The position numbers and the translations under genes are program-made. From an uncultured Spirochaetota bacterium (GTDB lineage Bacteria > Spirochaetota > Spirochaetia > SZUA-6 > Fen-1364), in NCBI GenBank assembly GCA_963820525.1, contig CAWGAA010000001.1, positions 2,720,001 to 2,784,000 of the forward strand: DNA of 64,000 nt, in the 5' to 3' direction. Shown here one piece after another: positions 9,908-20,017 of this stretch. Below the pieces are notes generated by a model. The model saw only the letters and a list, made by a program, of their open reading frames with translations. It searched no databases and had not been told where the DNA came from. Position 1 is the first letter of the stretch; each line of letters begins with the position of its first letter.

Positions 9908-11158
9908 TAGAAAAAGCATATGACACGGTGGTGATAGGCGGGGGGAGCGCCGGCATGGCCGCCGCATTGAGCGTCCGGGAGCAGGGCCGCTCCGTGGCCA
10001 TCGTGGAGAGGGAAGAGCTTCTCGGCGGCATTCTCATGCAGTGCATCCACAACGGGTTCGGCCTTCATGAGTTCGGCGAGGAACTCACGGGCCCCGAGTT
10101 CGCCGAGCGGTTCATCTCCCGGGTGATTCCATCCGGGATCGACGTCTATCTCGATACCACCGTGATGGGCATCGGCTTCGATGGGCCCCTCCGCGTCATC
10201 ACGGCGGGCTCGAAGCGCTGCGGAATGATGCGTCTCTCGAGCCGCACCGTTGTCCTGGCCATGGGCTGCCGGGAGAGGAACAGGGGCAACGTGGCCATCG
10301 CCGGGCACCCGGCCCGCGGGGGTCTTCACGGCGGGACTCGTCCAGCGCCTTGTCAACGTTGAAGGCTACATTCCGGGCCGCCGCGTGGTGATCATCGGCT
10401 CGGGGGACATCGGTCTCATCATGGCGCGCCGTCTGACGCTTGTCGGTTCCAAGGTGCTCGCCGTGGTGGAGATCCAGCCCTATCCCTCGGGAATCGTTCG
10501 AAACATCGTGCAGTGCCTGAACGATTTTTCCATCCCCTTGTACCTGAGCCACGTGGTCTCGCGCATCACCGGCGGCGATAGGGTGGAGGGCGTGGAGGTG
10601 ACGCCGCTTGTCGACGGCAAGCCGGATTACGGCCGAAGCTTCCGCCTGGAGTGCGACACGGTGCTCCTCTCCGTCGGGCTGATCCCGGAGAACGAGCTCT
10701 CCCGCAAGGCGGGAATCGTTTTGAACGACGACACGGGAGGGCCCTACGTGGACGCCGACCTCATGACGAACTCGCCGGGGATTTTCGCATGCGGCAATGT
10801 CCTGCACGTCCACGATCTTGTAGACTACGTGGCGGAAGAGGCGCGGCGCTGCGGCCAGGCGATCGGCCGCTACCTGGCAGGGCAGCCTCCGCGCCAGTTC
10901 CGCCTGGTGCCGGGGGCCAACGTGCGTTCCGCGGTCCCGAACTTCTATACCCCGGATCGGGAGAACGTGATCTACCTGCGGTCCCTCGTGGTGAAGAACG
11001 ACGCACAGCTTGAGCTCAGCGTCGGCGGGGTGGAGATCAGAAAGAGAAAGCTGGCCCACGTGCAGCCTTCCGAGATGATCCGGCTGAAGCTTTCGCCCCA
11101 GGATTTTCCGTCCTTGAGCGATTCCCAGGCCAACGTCATGGAGGTATCGCTTCGGTGA
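9904..11158 (+). CDS. NAD(P)/FAD-dependent oxidoreductase (pyridine nucleotide-disulfide family), split by a +1 frameshift near 10304
   Basis: GGGSAG and GGILMQCIHNGFG in 9904-10362, continuing in another frame as GTRPAGVFTAG, GSGDIGLIMARR, ACGNVLHVHDLVD; extra G in gccgggcacc. Confidence 0.85.
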
Positions 11159-11218
11159 GCGATGTGCGCATCATATCAGGGCCCATGCGGGATGCCCGGA
11201 CTCGCGGAGCAAAGCGCG

Positions 11219-11596
11219 ATGGCTGAGATCGTGTGCATCGCATGCCCCATCGGCTGCAGGCTGACCGTGGAGGGCCGGGAAGGGGAAGAGATCCGGGTGA
11301 GCGGGAACCGCTGTCCCAAGGGGGAGACGTACGGAAGGGAAGAGGTCCTGTCCCCCCGGAGGGTCCTGACCGCCGTGGTCCGCACGGACTCGGCCCCCTT
11401 TCCCTATGCGAGCGTTCGGACCGACAAGCCTCTCCCTCGTCCCCTCATGACGGATCTCCTCTCCGCGCTTCTGGCCAGGGAGGCGAGGCTGCCCGTTGTC
11501 CGCGGCGCGCCGCTTATGAAGGACTTCAAGGGCTCCGGGGTGAACGTGGTTTTCACCCGAACGCTACCACCGGATGAGGTTCCCCCCGTAGGTTAG
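11219..11596 (+). CDS. DUF1667-family small Cys-containing protein
   Basis: CIACPIGC...GNRCPKG; third gene of the GlpA-like/oxidoreductase trio. Confidence 0.85.
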   Translation: MAEIVCIACPIGCRLTVEGREGEEIRVSGNRCPKGETYGREEVLSPRRVLTAVVRTDSAPFPYASVRTDKPLPRPLMTDLLSALLAREARLPVVRGAPLMKDFKGSGVNVVFTRTLPPDEVPPVG

Positions 11597-12550
11597 CCCG
11601 GCGCCGAAACCGTAGGTGAGGATGAGGTCGCCCTCCTTCACCAGGCCTTTCTGCTGCATCTCGCCAAGGGCGATGGGGATGGAGGCTGCCGAGGTGTTGG
11701 CGTACTCTGCGATGTTGACGAAGAACTTTTCAAGCGGGATCTTCGAGCGCTTGGCCGCGGCTTCTATGATCCTGACGTTCGCCTGGTGGGGAACGATGTA
11801 GGCAACATCGTCCACGGTGATGCCCTGCGAGTCGAGCATCTCCACGATCCCTTCCGAAATGACCTTGACGGCGAAGTTGTAGACCTGGCGGCCGTCCATG
11901 CGGAGGAAAAAGCCCGGGCTGTTCAGGTTTTCGGGGGTCAGCGGATTGCGGCTTCCTCCCACGGACCTCTCCAGCCACTGCCCGCCGGAGCCGTCGGAGC
12001 GGAGAATCGAGTAGAGCACTCCCCGATTTCCCGCCGCGGGGTCGGCGCAGACGAGGGCGGCCCCCGCTCCATCGCCGAAGAGCACGCACGTGTTCCTGTC
12101 CTTCCAGTCGGCGATGCGGCTCAGGGTTTCTGCCCCGACAACAAGGACGTTCTTCGCTCCGCCGCCTGCGATGAAGTTGCGCGCCGTCTCCAGGGCGTAG
12201 ATGAACCCCGTACATCCGGCCTGCACGTCCATGGCGGCCGCCTTGCGCGCGCCCAGCTTGTCCTGGATGATGCAGGATGTTGATGGAAAGCCGAAGAAAT
12301 CCCCCGTGACCGTGGCGACGAGGATCAGGTCCAGGTCTTCAGGGGAGAGGCGCGCCTTCTTGAGGACCTTCTGGCACGCATCCAGGGCGAGGTCCGAGGT
12401 GGCCTGACCTTCCTCCACGAGGTGGCGGAACTTGATCCCGGTATGCGAGAATATCCATTCATCCGATGTATCCAGGACGGAAGCGAGATCATCGTTGGAC
12501 ACTCTTTTCTTGGGAACCGCAAAATCGACTGCTCTGATGATGGCTTGCAT
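11564..12550 (-). CDS. fabH: 3-oxoacyl-ACP synthase III
   Basis: AGCTGF catalytic Cys, PHQAN, ANTSAAS, GFGAGL. Confidence 0.96.
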   Translation of the reverse strand: MQAIIRAVDFAVPKKRVSNDDLASVLDTSDEWIFSHTGIKFRHLVEEGQATSDLALDACQKVLKKARLSPEDLDLILVATVTGDFFGFPSTSCIIQDKLGARKAAAMDVQAGCTGFIYALETARNFIAGGGAKNVLVVGAETLSRIADWKDRNTCVLFGDGAGAALVCADPAAGNRGVLYSILRSDGSGGQWLERSVGGSRNPLTPENLNSPGFFLRMDGRQVYNFAVKVISEGIVEMLDSQGITVDDVAYIVPHQANVRIIEAAAKRSKIPLEKFFVNIAEYANTSAASIPIALGEMQQKGLVKEGDLILTYGFGAGLTYGGNLIRW

Positions 12551-12556
12551 GCGCAG

Positions 12557-12585
12557 ATACTAATGTGATCGGATATCAGGGTCAA
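12557..12585 (-). promoter_or_regulatory. Sigma70-type promoter of fabH (leaderless spacing)
   Basis: TTGACC-N17-TAGTAT, then 6 nt to ATG, no SD. Confidence 0.65.
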
Positions 12586-12667
12586 CTACCGTTGATTTCC
12601 TCTCTTTCTGGTATCTTATAATAACATAATGATATAATCAATATCAATTATAGGGCTCTCTCCTTGC

Positions 12668-12696
12668 TTGACCATCATGCCCCTCCATGCTATTTT
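12668..12696 (+). promoter_or_regulatory. Sigma70-type promoter of fabD
   Basis: TTGACC-N17-TATTTT with extended TG, 9 nt before ATG. Confidence 0.55.
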
Positions 12697-12705
12697 CCCT
12701 CCACC

Positions 12706-13650
12706 ATGAAAACCTGTTTCCTTTTCCCCGGTCAGGGAGCCCAGTATCCAGGCATGGGCAAGGATCTCTGGGACTCCAGCCCGGCCGTGAAAGAGCTCTT
12801 CGGCAAGGCTTCCAAGGCCGCTGGGATGGATATGGAGCGGCTCTTGTTCCAGGCGGGTGCGGACGAGCTTCAGGCAACGGACAAGACACAGGTGGCCATC
12901 ACCCTGATGAACCTCTCCGCGGCGGTGGTCCTGCGGGAAAAGGGCGTCACGATGGACGGGTGCGCCGGGTTCAGCCTGGGGGAGTATGCCGCGCTGTACG
13001 AGGCCGGGGTCGTCAGCCTTCCCGACCTTTTCTCCATCGTGAAGCTCCGCGGCGAGCTGATGGAGAAGGCGTCGCGGAACCTCGATTCGCCCGCGGGCAA
13101 GCCCGGGATGGCCGCCGTTCTGGGGCTTTCTTCGGCCCTCGCGGCAGCGGCGCTGGAGTCCCTGGCCAAAGAAAACGTGTACATGGCGAACCACAACAGC
13201 CCGAGCCAGATCGTTCTCTCCGGAACCCCGGGCGGGCTTGCCAAAGCGGAGGCGGCGCTAAAAAGCGCGGGGGCCAAGAGGGTTATCAGGCTCAAGGTGT
13301 CGGGCCCCTTCCATTCCCCTCTCCTTGTTGAAGCCGCCGAGGCGTTCGAGAAAGCCCTCGAAAGCTACAGCTTCTCCGATCCGCGGGTGCCCGTCTATTC
13401 CAATGTCACGGGTGGGCGTATCTCATCGGGGATAGAAGCGAGACTGTTGTGCGGGAAGCAGATCGTATCCACGGTCCGATGGGTCGGGGTGGAAGAGAGC
13501 CTTCTTGCTGAGGGATTCACCCGCTTCGTCGAGGCGGGACCGGGTACCGTTCTCACGGGGCTTTTCAAGGCCTTGAAGGCGGACGTGAATGCGGCACCCG
13601 CCGGAAAAAAGGAAGAAATCGAAAAAATCACGGCCACGGCGGCCGCATGA
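12706..13650 (+). CDS. fabD: Malonyl-CoA-ACP transacylase
   Basis: FPGQGAQ, GFSLGEY nucleophile motif, VSGPFHS. Confidence 0.96.
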   Translation: MKTCFLFPGQGAQYPGMGKDLWDSSPAVKELFGKASKAAGMDMERLLFQAGADELQATDKTQVAITLMNLSAAVVLREKGVTMDGCAGFSLGEYAALYEAGVVSLPDLFSIVKLRGELMEKASRNLDSPAGKPGMAAVLGLSSALAAAALESLAKENVYMANHNSPSQIVLSGTPGGLAKAEAALKSAGAKRVIRLKVSGPFHSPLLVEAAEAFEKALESYSFSDPRVPVYSNVTGGRISSGIEARLLCGKQIVSTVRWVGVEESLLAEGFTRFVEAGPGTVLTGLFKALKADVNAAPAGKKEEIEKITATAAA

Positions 13651-13660
13651 CGGGAGGAAG

Positions 13661-14407
13661 ATGATGCTCTTGAAGGGAAAGAATGCCATCGTGACGGGGG
13701 GGGCCCGGGGAATCGGAAGAGAGATCGTCATGGATTTCCTGCGGGAAGGCGCCTCGGTTGCCTTCATAGATCTGAACCCCAGCGAGTCCATGGCCGAGAT
13801 GGAGCAGGCAGCCGCGGCGGCCGGTGGGAAAGTGGCGTTCAAGAAGGGCGATGTGTCGAACGCGGAGGGCATCTCCAAGGTAATCGATGAGATCATCAAG
13901 GAGATGGGCTCCGTGGAAATCCTGGTGAACAATGCGGGAATCACCCGGGATGGGCTGGTCTTCCGCATGCCGCTGGAGAACTGGGAAAAGGTCCTGAGCA
14001 TCAACCTGACTTCTGCGTTCCTGGTGAGCCAGATCGTGGCCCGTCAGATGATCAAGCAGAGGACGGGCTCAATCATCAACATGGCCTCCATTGTCGGGCT
14101 GGGGGGAAACGCAGGCCAGGCCAACTATGCCGCCTCCAAGGCCGGCCTTATCGGGCTAACACGCAGCCTGGCAAAGGAGTGCGGCGGCCGGGGAGTGCGC
14201 GTGAACGCCGTCGCCCCCGGCTACATCGACACCGACATGACCCGCGGGCTTCCCGAGCAGGCCAAGGAGGCGTTCCTCACCGTCGTGGCGATGAAGAGGC
14301 CGGGCAAGCCGGAGGAGGTGGCCAAGGTGGTGACCTTCCTCGCTTCCGACATGGCCGGGTACGTCTCGGGGGACGTGATCCGGGTAGACGGCTGCATGGC
14401 AATCTAG
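13661..14407 (+). CDS. fabG: 3-oxoacyl-ACP reductase
   Basis: TGGARGIG, NNAGITRD, NYAASKAG; located between fabD and fabF. Confidence 0.95.
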   Translation: MMLLKGKNAIVTGGARGIGREIVMDFLREGASVAFIDLNPSESMAEMEQAAAAAGGKVAFKKGDVSNAEGISKVIDEIIKEMGSVEILVNNAGITRDGLVFRMPLENWEKVLSINLTSAFLVSQIVARQMIKQRTGSIINMASIVGLGGNAGQANYAASKAGLIGLTRSLAKECGGRGVRVNAVAPGYIDTDMTRGLPEQAKEAFLTVVAMKRPGKPEEVAKVVTFLASDMAGYVSGDVIRVDGCMAI

Positions 14408-14422
14408 ATCAGAGGAGAAGGC

Positions 14423-15667
14423 ATGGCGCGAAGAGTCGTTGTGACGGGCCTGGGCACCGTGAACCCGCTGGGCAACAGCGTGAAGGACTACTGGCAGGGA
14501 ATCAAAAGCGGCGCGAGCGGGATCGGCAGGCTCACGCGCCTGGATTCATCAGATTTTTCGACGAAGATTGCCGGAGAGGTGAGGGACTTCTCTCCCGAAA
14601 AGTACCTGGAAACCAAGGAAGCGAGGAGGATGGACCGCTTCACCCAATACGCGATGGTTGCGGCCCTTCAAGCGATGGAGGACGCCGGCCTCAAGGAAGG
14701 GAGCGTGGATCCCGAGCGCCTGGGGGTCACCCTGGGAAACGGTATCGGCGGGATCGAGACGCTGGAGAACAACCACATCAAGTTTCTCGAAAAAGGCACG
14801 CGGGCGGTCCACCCGCTTTTGGTGCCCATGATGATAATCAACGAGGCGGCGGGCAACATCGCCATCCGAATCCAGGCCTTCGGCCCCGCGTTCTGCGTCG
14901 TGACGGCCTGCGCCTCCTCCAATGACGCCATGGCCGACGCATTCCGCCTCATCCGCGAGGGGGTCACCGACGTCATGGTAAGCGGAGGAACCGAAGCCCC
15001 TCTGACGACGATGGGACTGTCCGGGTTCTGCCAGCTTCAGGCCGTGAGCATCAAGCGCAACGACACTCCCGAGCGCGCAAGCCGTCCATTTGACAAGGAC
15101 AGGGATGGGTTTGTCATCGCGGAAGGCTCCGGGATCCTCATCCTGGAGGAGCTGGAGCACGCGCGGGCGCGCGGAGCCCGCATCTACGCCGAGATGATCG
15201 GCTACGGGGCAAGCTGCGACGCGAATCACCTCACCGCCCCGCACCCCGAGGGCCGGGGAGCCATCCAGGCCCTGCGCGCCGCGCTGGCCTCATCGGGAAT
15301 GAAGCCCGAGGATTTCGACTACATCAATGCACACGGCACGTCGACGCAGATCAACGACCCCATCGAAACCAAGGCCATCAAGGCCGTGTTCGGGGAACAT
15401 GCGCGAAAGCTCAAGGTCTCTTCCACGAAGTCGATGACGGGTCACCTGCTCGGGGCGGCGGGGGGAGTGGAGGCGGTAGCGACCGTGCTCGCGATCAAGG
15501 AGCAGTTCTTCCCGCCAACCATCAACCTCGAGGAGCCGGACCCCGAATGCGACCTTGACTACGTGCCGGGCAAGGGCTATCCCGGCCGCATACGGGCCGC
15601 CCTCTCCAATGCCTTGGGCTTCGGGGGCCACAACACGGTGGTAGCGTTCAGGGAGTTCACGGGCTGA
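14423..15667 (+). CDS. fabF: 3-oxoacyl-ACP synthase II
   Basis: TACASS, INAHGTST, KSMTGHLLGAAG, GFGGHN. Confidence 0.96.
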   Translation: MARRVVVTGLGTVNPLGNSVKDYWQGIKSGASGIGRLTRLDSSDFSTKIAGEVRDFSPEKYLETKEARRMDRFTQYAMVAALQAMEDAGLKEGSVDPERLGVTLGNGIGGIETLENNHIKFLEKGTRAVHPLLVPMMIINEAAGNIAIRIQAFGPAFCVVTACASSNDAMADAFRLIREGVTDVMVSGGTEAPLTTMGLSGFCQLQAVSIKRNDTPERASRPFDKDRDGFVIAEGSGILILEELEHARARGARIYAEMIGYGASCDANHLTAPHPEGRGAIQALRAALASSGMKPEDFDYINAHGTSTQINDPIETKAIKAVFGEHARKLKVSSTKSMTGHLLGAAGGVEAVATVLAIKEQFFPPTINLEEPDPECDLDYVPGKGYPGRIRAALSNALGFGGHNTVVAFREFTG

Positions 15668-15674
15668 TTGCCAG

Positions 15675-15707
15675 GGGCGCCGCTGAGAACTCGCTTTTCC
15701 GGCGCCC
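15675..15707. terminator. Possible hairpin between convergent fabF and yitJ-like genes
   Basis: GGGCGCCG...CGGCGCCC inverted repeat with a long loop and weak U-tract. Confidence 0.3.
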
Positions 15708-15711
15708 TTAC

Positions 15712-17557
15712 CTAGTCGATCACCTTCAGGGCGTTTTGAACCTTGCCCAGGGGCGCCGAGAGCTGAACCCCGGAGATGCATCCCTTCACGGCCTCCAGGA
15801 GCTCCCGGGCGATCGCGATCCCTTCCTCTACCGCGGACTCCTTTGTGTCGCATTTCGACATCCGCTCGATGATGGAGTCGGGAACAAAGACCCCGGGGAC
15901 CTCGTTTTTCATGAACTCGGCATTGCGCAGGCTCACCAGGGGCCAGATCCCCGCGACTATGGGAATGCGGGCGAGCCCTTTCATGCTGTCGAGGAAACGA
16001 ATGAGCGGCTCCGCGTCGAAAACGGGCTGCGTGATGGCGAACTCGGCTCCCGCCTCGATCTTCCACCGCATCCGCTCCAGCTCCCGCTTGAGGTTTACAG
16101 CGCTGGGATTCATGCCGACGCCATAGCAGAACTCGGTTTGCCGTCCCACGGGATTGTTTCCCAGGTCGAAGCCGCGGTTGAGCATGCCGACCAGGTTGCA
16201 CAGTCCGATCGAGTCGATGTTGAAAACGGCCGTGGCATCGGGGTAGGTGCCCATGGCGGGCGGATCTCCCGTGACGAGAAGCACATTGCGGATACCCAGG
16301 GCGTGCGACCCGAGCAGGTCTCCCTGAAGGGCCAGGAGATTCTTGTCCTTGCAGGTGAAGTGAGGGATCGCCTCGATGCCGGACTCCCGCTGGATGACCG
16401 CGGCCGCCGCCAGAGCGCTCATCTTTACCTGCGCCCGGGGGCTGTCGGGCACGTTGACGGCATCGATTCCGTTCTCCTTGAGCAGCTGGGCGTTCTCGAT
16501 GAGCTTCTGGACGTCGATTCCCTTCGGAGGCACGAGCTCGACGCAGGTGACGAACTCCCCGCGGGCGAGCCTGGCGGCCCAGCGGCTTTTTTTCTCCAGA
16601 GCCAGGGGGGCCGGAGCGCTCTTTGGGACGACAAGGCGGACATGCTCCCGGGTAACGCTTGGGGCCAGGGCCCGGATCTCTCTCCTGATCTCCCGGATGT
16701 GGGCCGGGGTGGTGCCGCAGCAGCCGCCGACGATGCGCACGCCGCTTTGGATCATGCGCGCCGCGTATTTCGCCATGTACACGGGCGTGGTGGGGTAGAT
16801 GTTCCTTCCATCGACCGCAATGGGCATCCCGGCATTGGGCTGGACGCAGATGGGGCGCTGGGTAACCCTGACCATCTTTTCCGCGGTTTCAAGCATCATC
16901 TTGGGGCCCTCCGAGCAGTTGAGCCCTATGGCGTCGGGGGCAAGCTCGTCCAGAGCCGACGTGAAGACTTCGGGCTCGGTTCCGTAGATCGATGTGCCAT
17001 CTGCGTTGATTGTAAGCGATGCGACGAGGGAAAGCGTGCACGCGGCGCGCACGCCGCGGATGGCGGCGGCAAGCTCCCGAAGGTCCACGAACGTCTCCAG
17101 GATTATGATGTCGGCCCCCGCCTCGGCGAGGATGGAGGCCTGCTGCCTGAAAAGCTCCTCCGCCTCCGCGACAGCAAGAGCGCCTAAGGGCTCCACCTTG
17201 AGCCCCAGGGGGCCAATGGAGCCCGCGATCCAGACCGTTTCCGTCCTGCCCGCTTCGTCTCTGGCGCTTTTTGCCAGGGTCACGGCCTTCTGATTTATCT
17301 GGGCGAATTTCTCCACGAAACCCGCGGCTCGGAGCTTCGGAATGCCCGCGCCCCAGCTGTTCGTGGTGAGCACCTCCGCGCCGGCGTCCAGGTATTCCCG
17401 GTGAATCTCCAGGACAAGGGCGGGATCCGAAAGGCATACCTCCTCGAAGCATCGGTTGAAGAACACGCCCTTCTCGTAGAGCATGGTTCCCATCGCGCCG
17501 TCGAAGAGAATCGGTGAGCCCTGCTCGAGCCTCGAGCGAAAATCGCTTTTCGTACAT
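15712..17557 (-). CDS. yitJ: Bifunctional homocysteine S-methyltransferase / methylenetetrahydrofolate reductase (YitJ type); apparent frameshift just after the start
   Basis: FDGAMGT, GLNCS, GGCCGTTP (HMT) and VTGDPP, ITQPVFD (MTHFR). The SD-preceded ATG at 17557 joins the main frame if one base of the 17539-17542 run is removed. Confidence 0.88.
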
Positions 17558-17614
17558 TTCCTCCTGGATCTCTGGGGGACCTTGGGATGTCGTCGCGCCG
17601 GCGTACCGGGTGTG

Positions 17615-19936
17615 CTAGCCCGCGCGGACCGCCGCGTTCCCCACCGACGGGTGGCGCAGGCGCACGGCGCGCGCAGCGTCCACCATGGCCTCGAGGGCCG
17701 GCTTTACTTCCTCCCACCGCCGGGTCTTCAGGCCGCAATCGGGGTTGACCCAAAGCTGCTCGGGCTTGAGCACTTCGAGAGCCTTCTCGAGCAAGCCCTG
17801 GATCTCCTCCGTCGAGGGAACGCGAGGGGAGTGGATGTCGTATACCCCGGGGCCGATCTCGTTAGGGTAGCGAAAATCGCGGAAGACGCCAAGGAGCTCC
17901 ATACGCGAGCGGGCCGATTCGATGGAGATCACGTCGGCGTCCATCGCCGCGATGGAGGGCATGATGGCGTTGAACTCGGAGTAGCACATATGGGTGTGGA
18001 TCTGCGTCGTGTCCTTCACGCCCGAGGAAGCGGCGCGGAATGCCTCCACGGCCCAGGAAAGGTACGCGTTCCACTGCGACTTTCGGAGGGGCAGCCCTTC
18101 GCGGAGGGCCGGCTCGTCGATCTGGATCACCCGGATGCCGGCGCTTTCCAGGTCCCGCACCTCGTCGCGGATGGCGAGCGCGATCTGCCGGCAGGTGAGC
18201 TCTCGCGGCTGGTCGTCGCGCACGAAAGACCACTGGAGGATGGTGACCGGGCCCGTGAGCATGCCCTTCAGCGGCTTTTTCGTCAGGGACTGGGCGAATC
18301 GGGCCCAGCGAACCGTCATGGGCTTCTTTCGTTCCACGTCTCCGTAGATGACGGGAGGCTTCACGCAGCGGGATCCGTAGCTCTGGACCCAGCCGTCCGC
18401 CGTGAATGCGAACCCGGCCAACATCTGGGCGAAGTGCTCCACCATGTCGGTGCGCTCGAACTCCCCGTGCACCAGAACATCGAGGCCGAGCTCCTCCTGG
18501 AACCTGATGGTCCGCTCGATCTCTTCCTTGATGAACGCTTCATACCCTTGCTCGTCGATCTCTCCCGACTTGAGGGCGGCCCGCCGGGAGCGGACCTTTT
18601 GAGTCTGGGGGAAGGAGCCGATCGTGGTTGTCGGAAGGAGAGGGAGATCGAGCACCTTTGCCTGCGCCGCCCGCCGCGCCGGGTATGGGCTGGATCGGCG
18701 GGTCATTTCGGGGGTGAGGGCGGAGACGCGCTCCCGCACGGCCTTCCGTACGGCTCGCTCGGAGCTGCCGCGCGCCCGCCGTACCCTGCGGCTTTCTTCC
18801 AATTCAGCCGCGACGCTTTTGCGGCCCGAGTTGACCGCGCGCGTTATCACGACCACTTCCGAAAGCTTCTGCCTGGCGAAAGCGAGCCATCCCGCAAGCT
18901 CCTCGTCGAGTCCGGTCTCGTGTGAGAGATCCTCGGGACAGTGGAGGAGCGAGCATGAGGTGGCGATAATCGTGTTCTCGCTGCCGAGGGCATTCACGCA
19001 TTTTTCGGCAAGCCCTATGGCGCGCTCCAGGTCGGTCTTCCAGACGTTTCTCCCGTCCACGAGGCCGAGGGAAACAGCGAGGTTCTTCGGCCTCCGTGCG
19101 ATGATCTCCTCGAGCTGCTGCGGCCCCCGCACCAGGTCGACGTGGAGCCCGGCAAAGGGAAGCCGCAGGACGAGATCGAGATTTTCGCGAAGCTCTCCAA
19201 AGTAGGTGGTGAGCAAGAGCTTCGCCTTCGTGGAAGGCAGGAGCCGGGAGTATGCCTCCTGGAAAGCCTTCCGTTTGTTTTCGCCGAGCTCGGTGACGAG
19301 AACCGGCTCGTCGATCTGGACCCACTGCGCCCCCAAGGCGGTGAGGCCTCTCAGCACCTCCTCGTAAACGGGGAGCAGGCGTTCCAGGAATGAAAGGGGG
19401 TTCGTTGATCCATCCGCGCTCTTGGCAAGGGAGAGGAACGTGATCGGCCCCAGGAGGACGGGGCGCGTCTCTATTCCCAGCCTTCCGGCTTCCGAGAAAT
19501 GATCCATGGGCTGGGTGAAGGAAAGCCGGAAAGGCTCGCCGGGGTCCAGCTCCGGCACGATGTAGTGGTAGTTGGTGTCGAACCACTTCGTCATCTCGAG
19601 GGCGGGCACGTCCATGCCGGCGGCCTGGCCTCCCCGGGCCATTGCAAAATACCCGGAAAGAGTGACCCCGCGCGGGAAGGAACCGTAGCGGGCAGGAACG
19701 GCTCCGAGCATTGCGGCCGTGTCCAGCACGTGATCGTAGAGCGAGAAATCCCCGGATGGGATGAAGTCGATGCCGGCGTCGGCTTGAGCTTTCCAGTGGA
19801 GGGCGCGGATGCGCCGAGCCTCCTCGAGCAGGAGCCGCTCATCGGCCTTTGACTGCCAGTAGCCCTCCAAGGCCTTCTTCAGCTCCCGGGCAGGACCGAT
19901 TCGGGGATAACCAAGGACAGAGTTTCGTACAATCAT
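17615..19936 (-). CDS. metE: Cobalamin-independent methionine synthase
   Basis: GYPRIG, KWFDTNYHY, HTHMCYSEF, WVNPDCGLKTR. Confidence 0.97.
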   Translation of the reverse strand: MIVRNSVLGYPRIGPARELKKALEGYWQSKADERLLLEEARRIRALHWKAQADAGIDFIPSGDFSLYDHVLDTAAMLGAVPARYGSFPRGVTLSGYFAMARGGQAAGMDVPALEMTKWFDTNYHYIVPELDPGEPFRLSFTQPMDHFSEAGRLGIETRPVLLGPITFLSLAKSADGSTNPLSFLERLLPVYEEVLRGLTALGAQWVQIDEPVLVTELGENKRKAFQEAYSRLLPSTKAKLLLTTYFGELRENLDLVLRLPFAGLHVDLVRGPQQLEEIIARRPKNLAVSLGLVDGRNVWKTDLERAIGLAEKCVNALGSENTIIATSCSLLHCPEDLSHETGLDEELAGWLAFARQKLSEVVVITRAVNSGRKSVAAELEESRRVRRARGSSERAVRKAVRERVSALTPEMTRRSSPYPARRAAQAKVLDLPLLPTTTIGSFPQTQKVRSRRAALKSGEIDEQGYEAFIKEEIERTIRFQEELGLDVLVHGEFERTDMVEHFAQMLAGFAFTADGWVQSYGSRCVKPPVIYGDVERKKPMTVRWARFAQSLTKKPLKGMLTGPVTILQWSFVRDDQPRELTCRQIALAIRDEVRDLESAGIRVIQIDEPALREGLPLRKSQWNAYLSWAVEAFRAASSGVKDTTQIHTHMCYSEFNAIMPSIAAMDADVISIESARSRMELLGVFRDFRYPNEIGPGVYDIHSPRVPSTEEIQGLLEKALEVLKPEQLWVNPDCGLKTRRWEEVKPALEAMVDAARAVRLRHPSVGNAAVRAG

Positions 19937-20017
19937 GACATTTCGCCCCTTCGCGCGTACAAGATGTTTTGAAGATAGGAATCGGGTGAGTGGGCGGTCA
20001 AGGGCCGGGGGAAAGCT

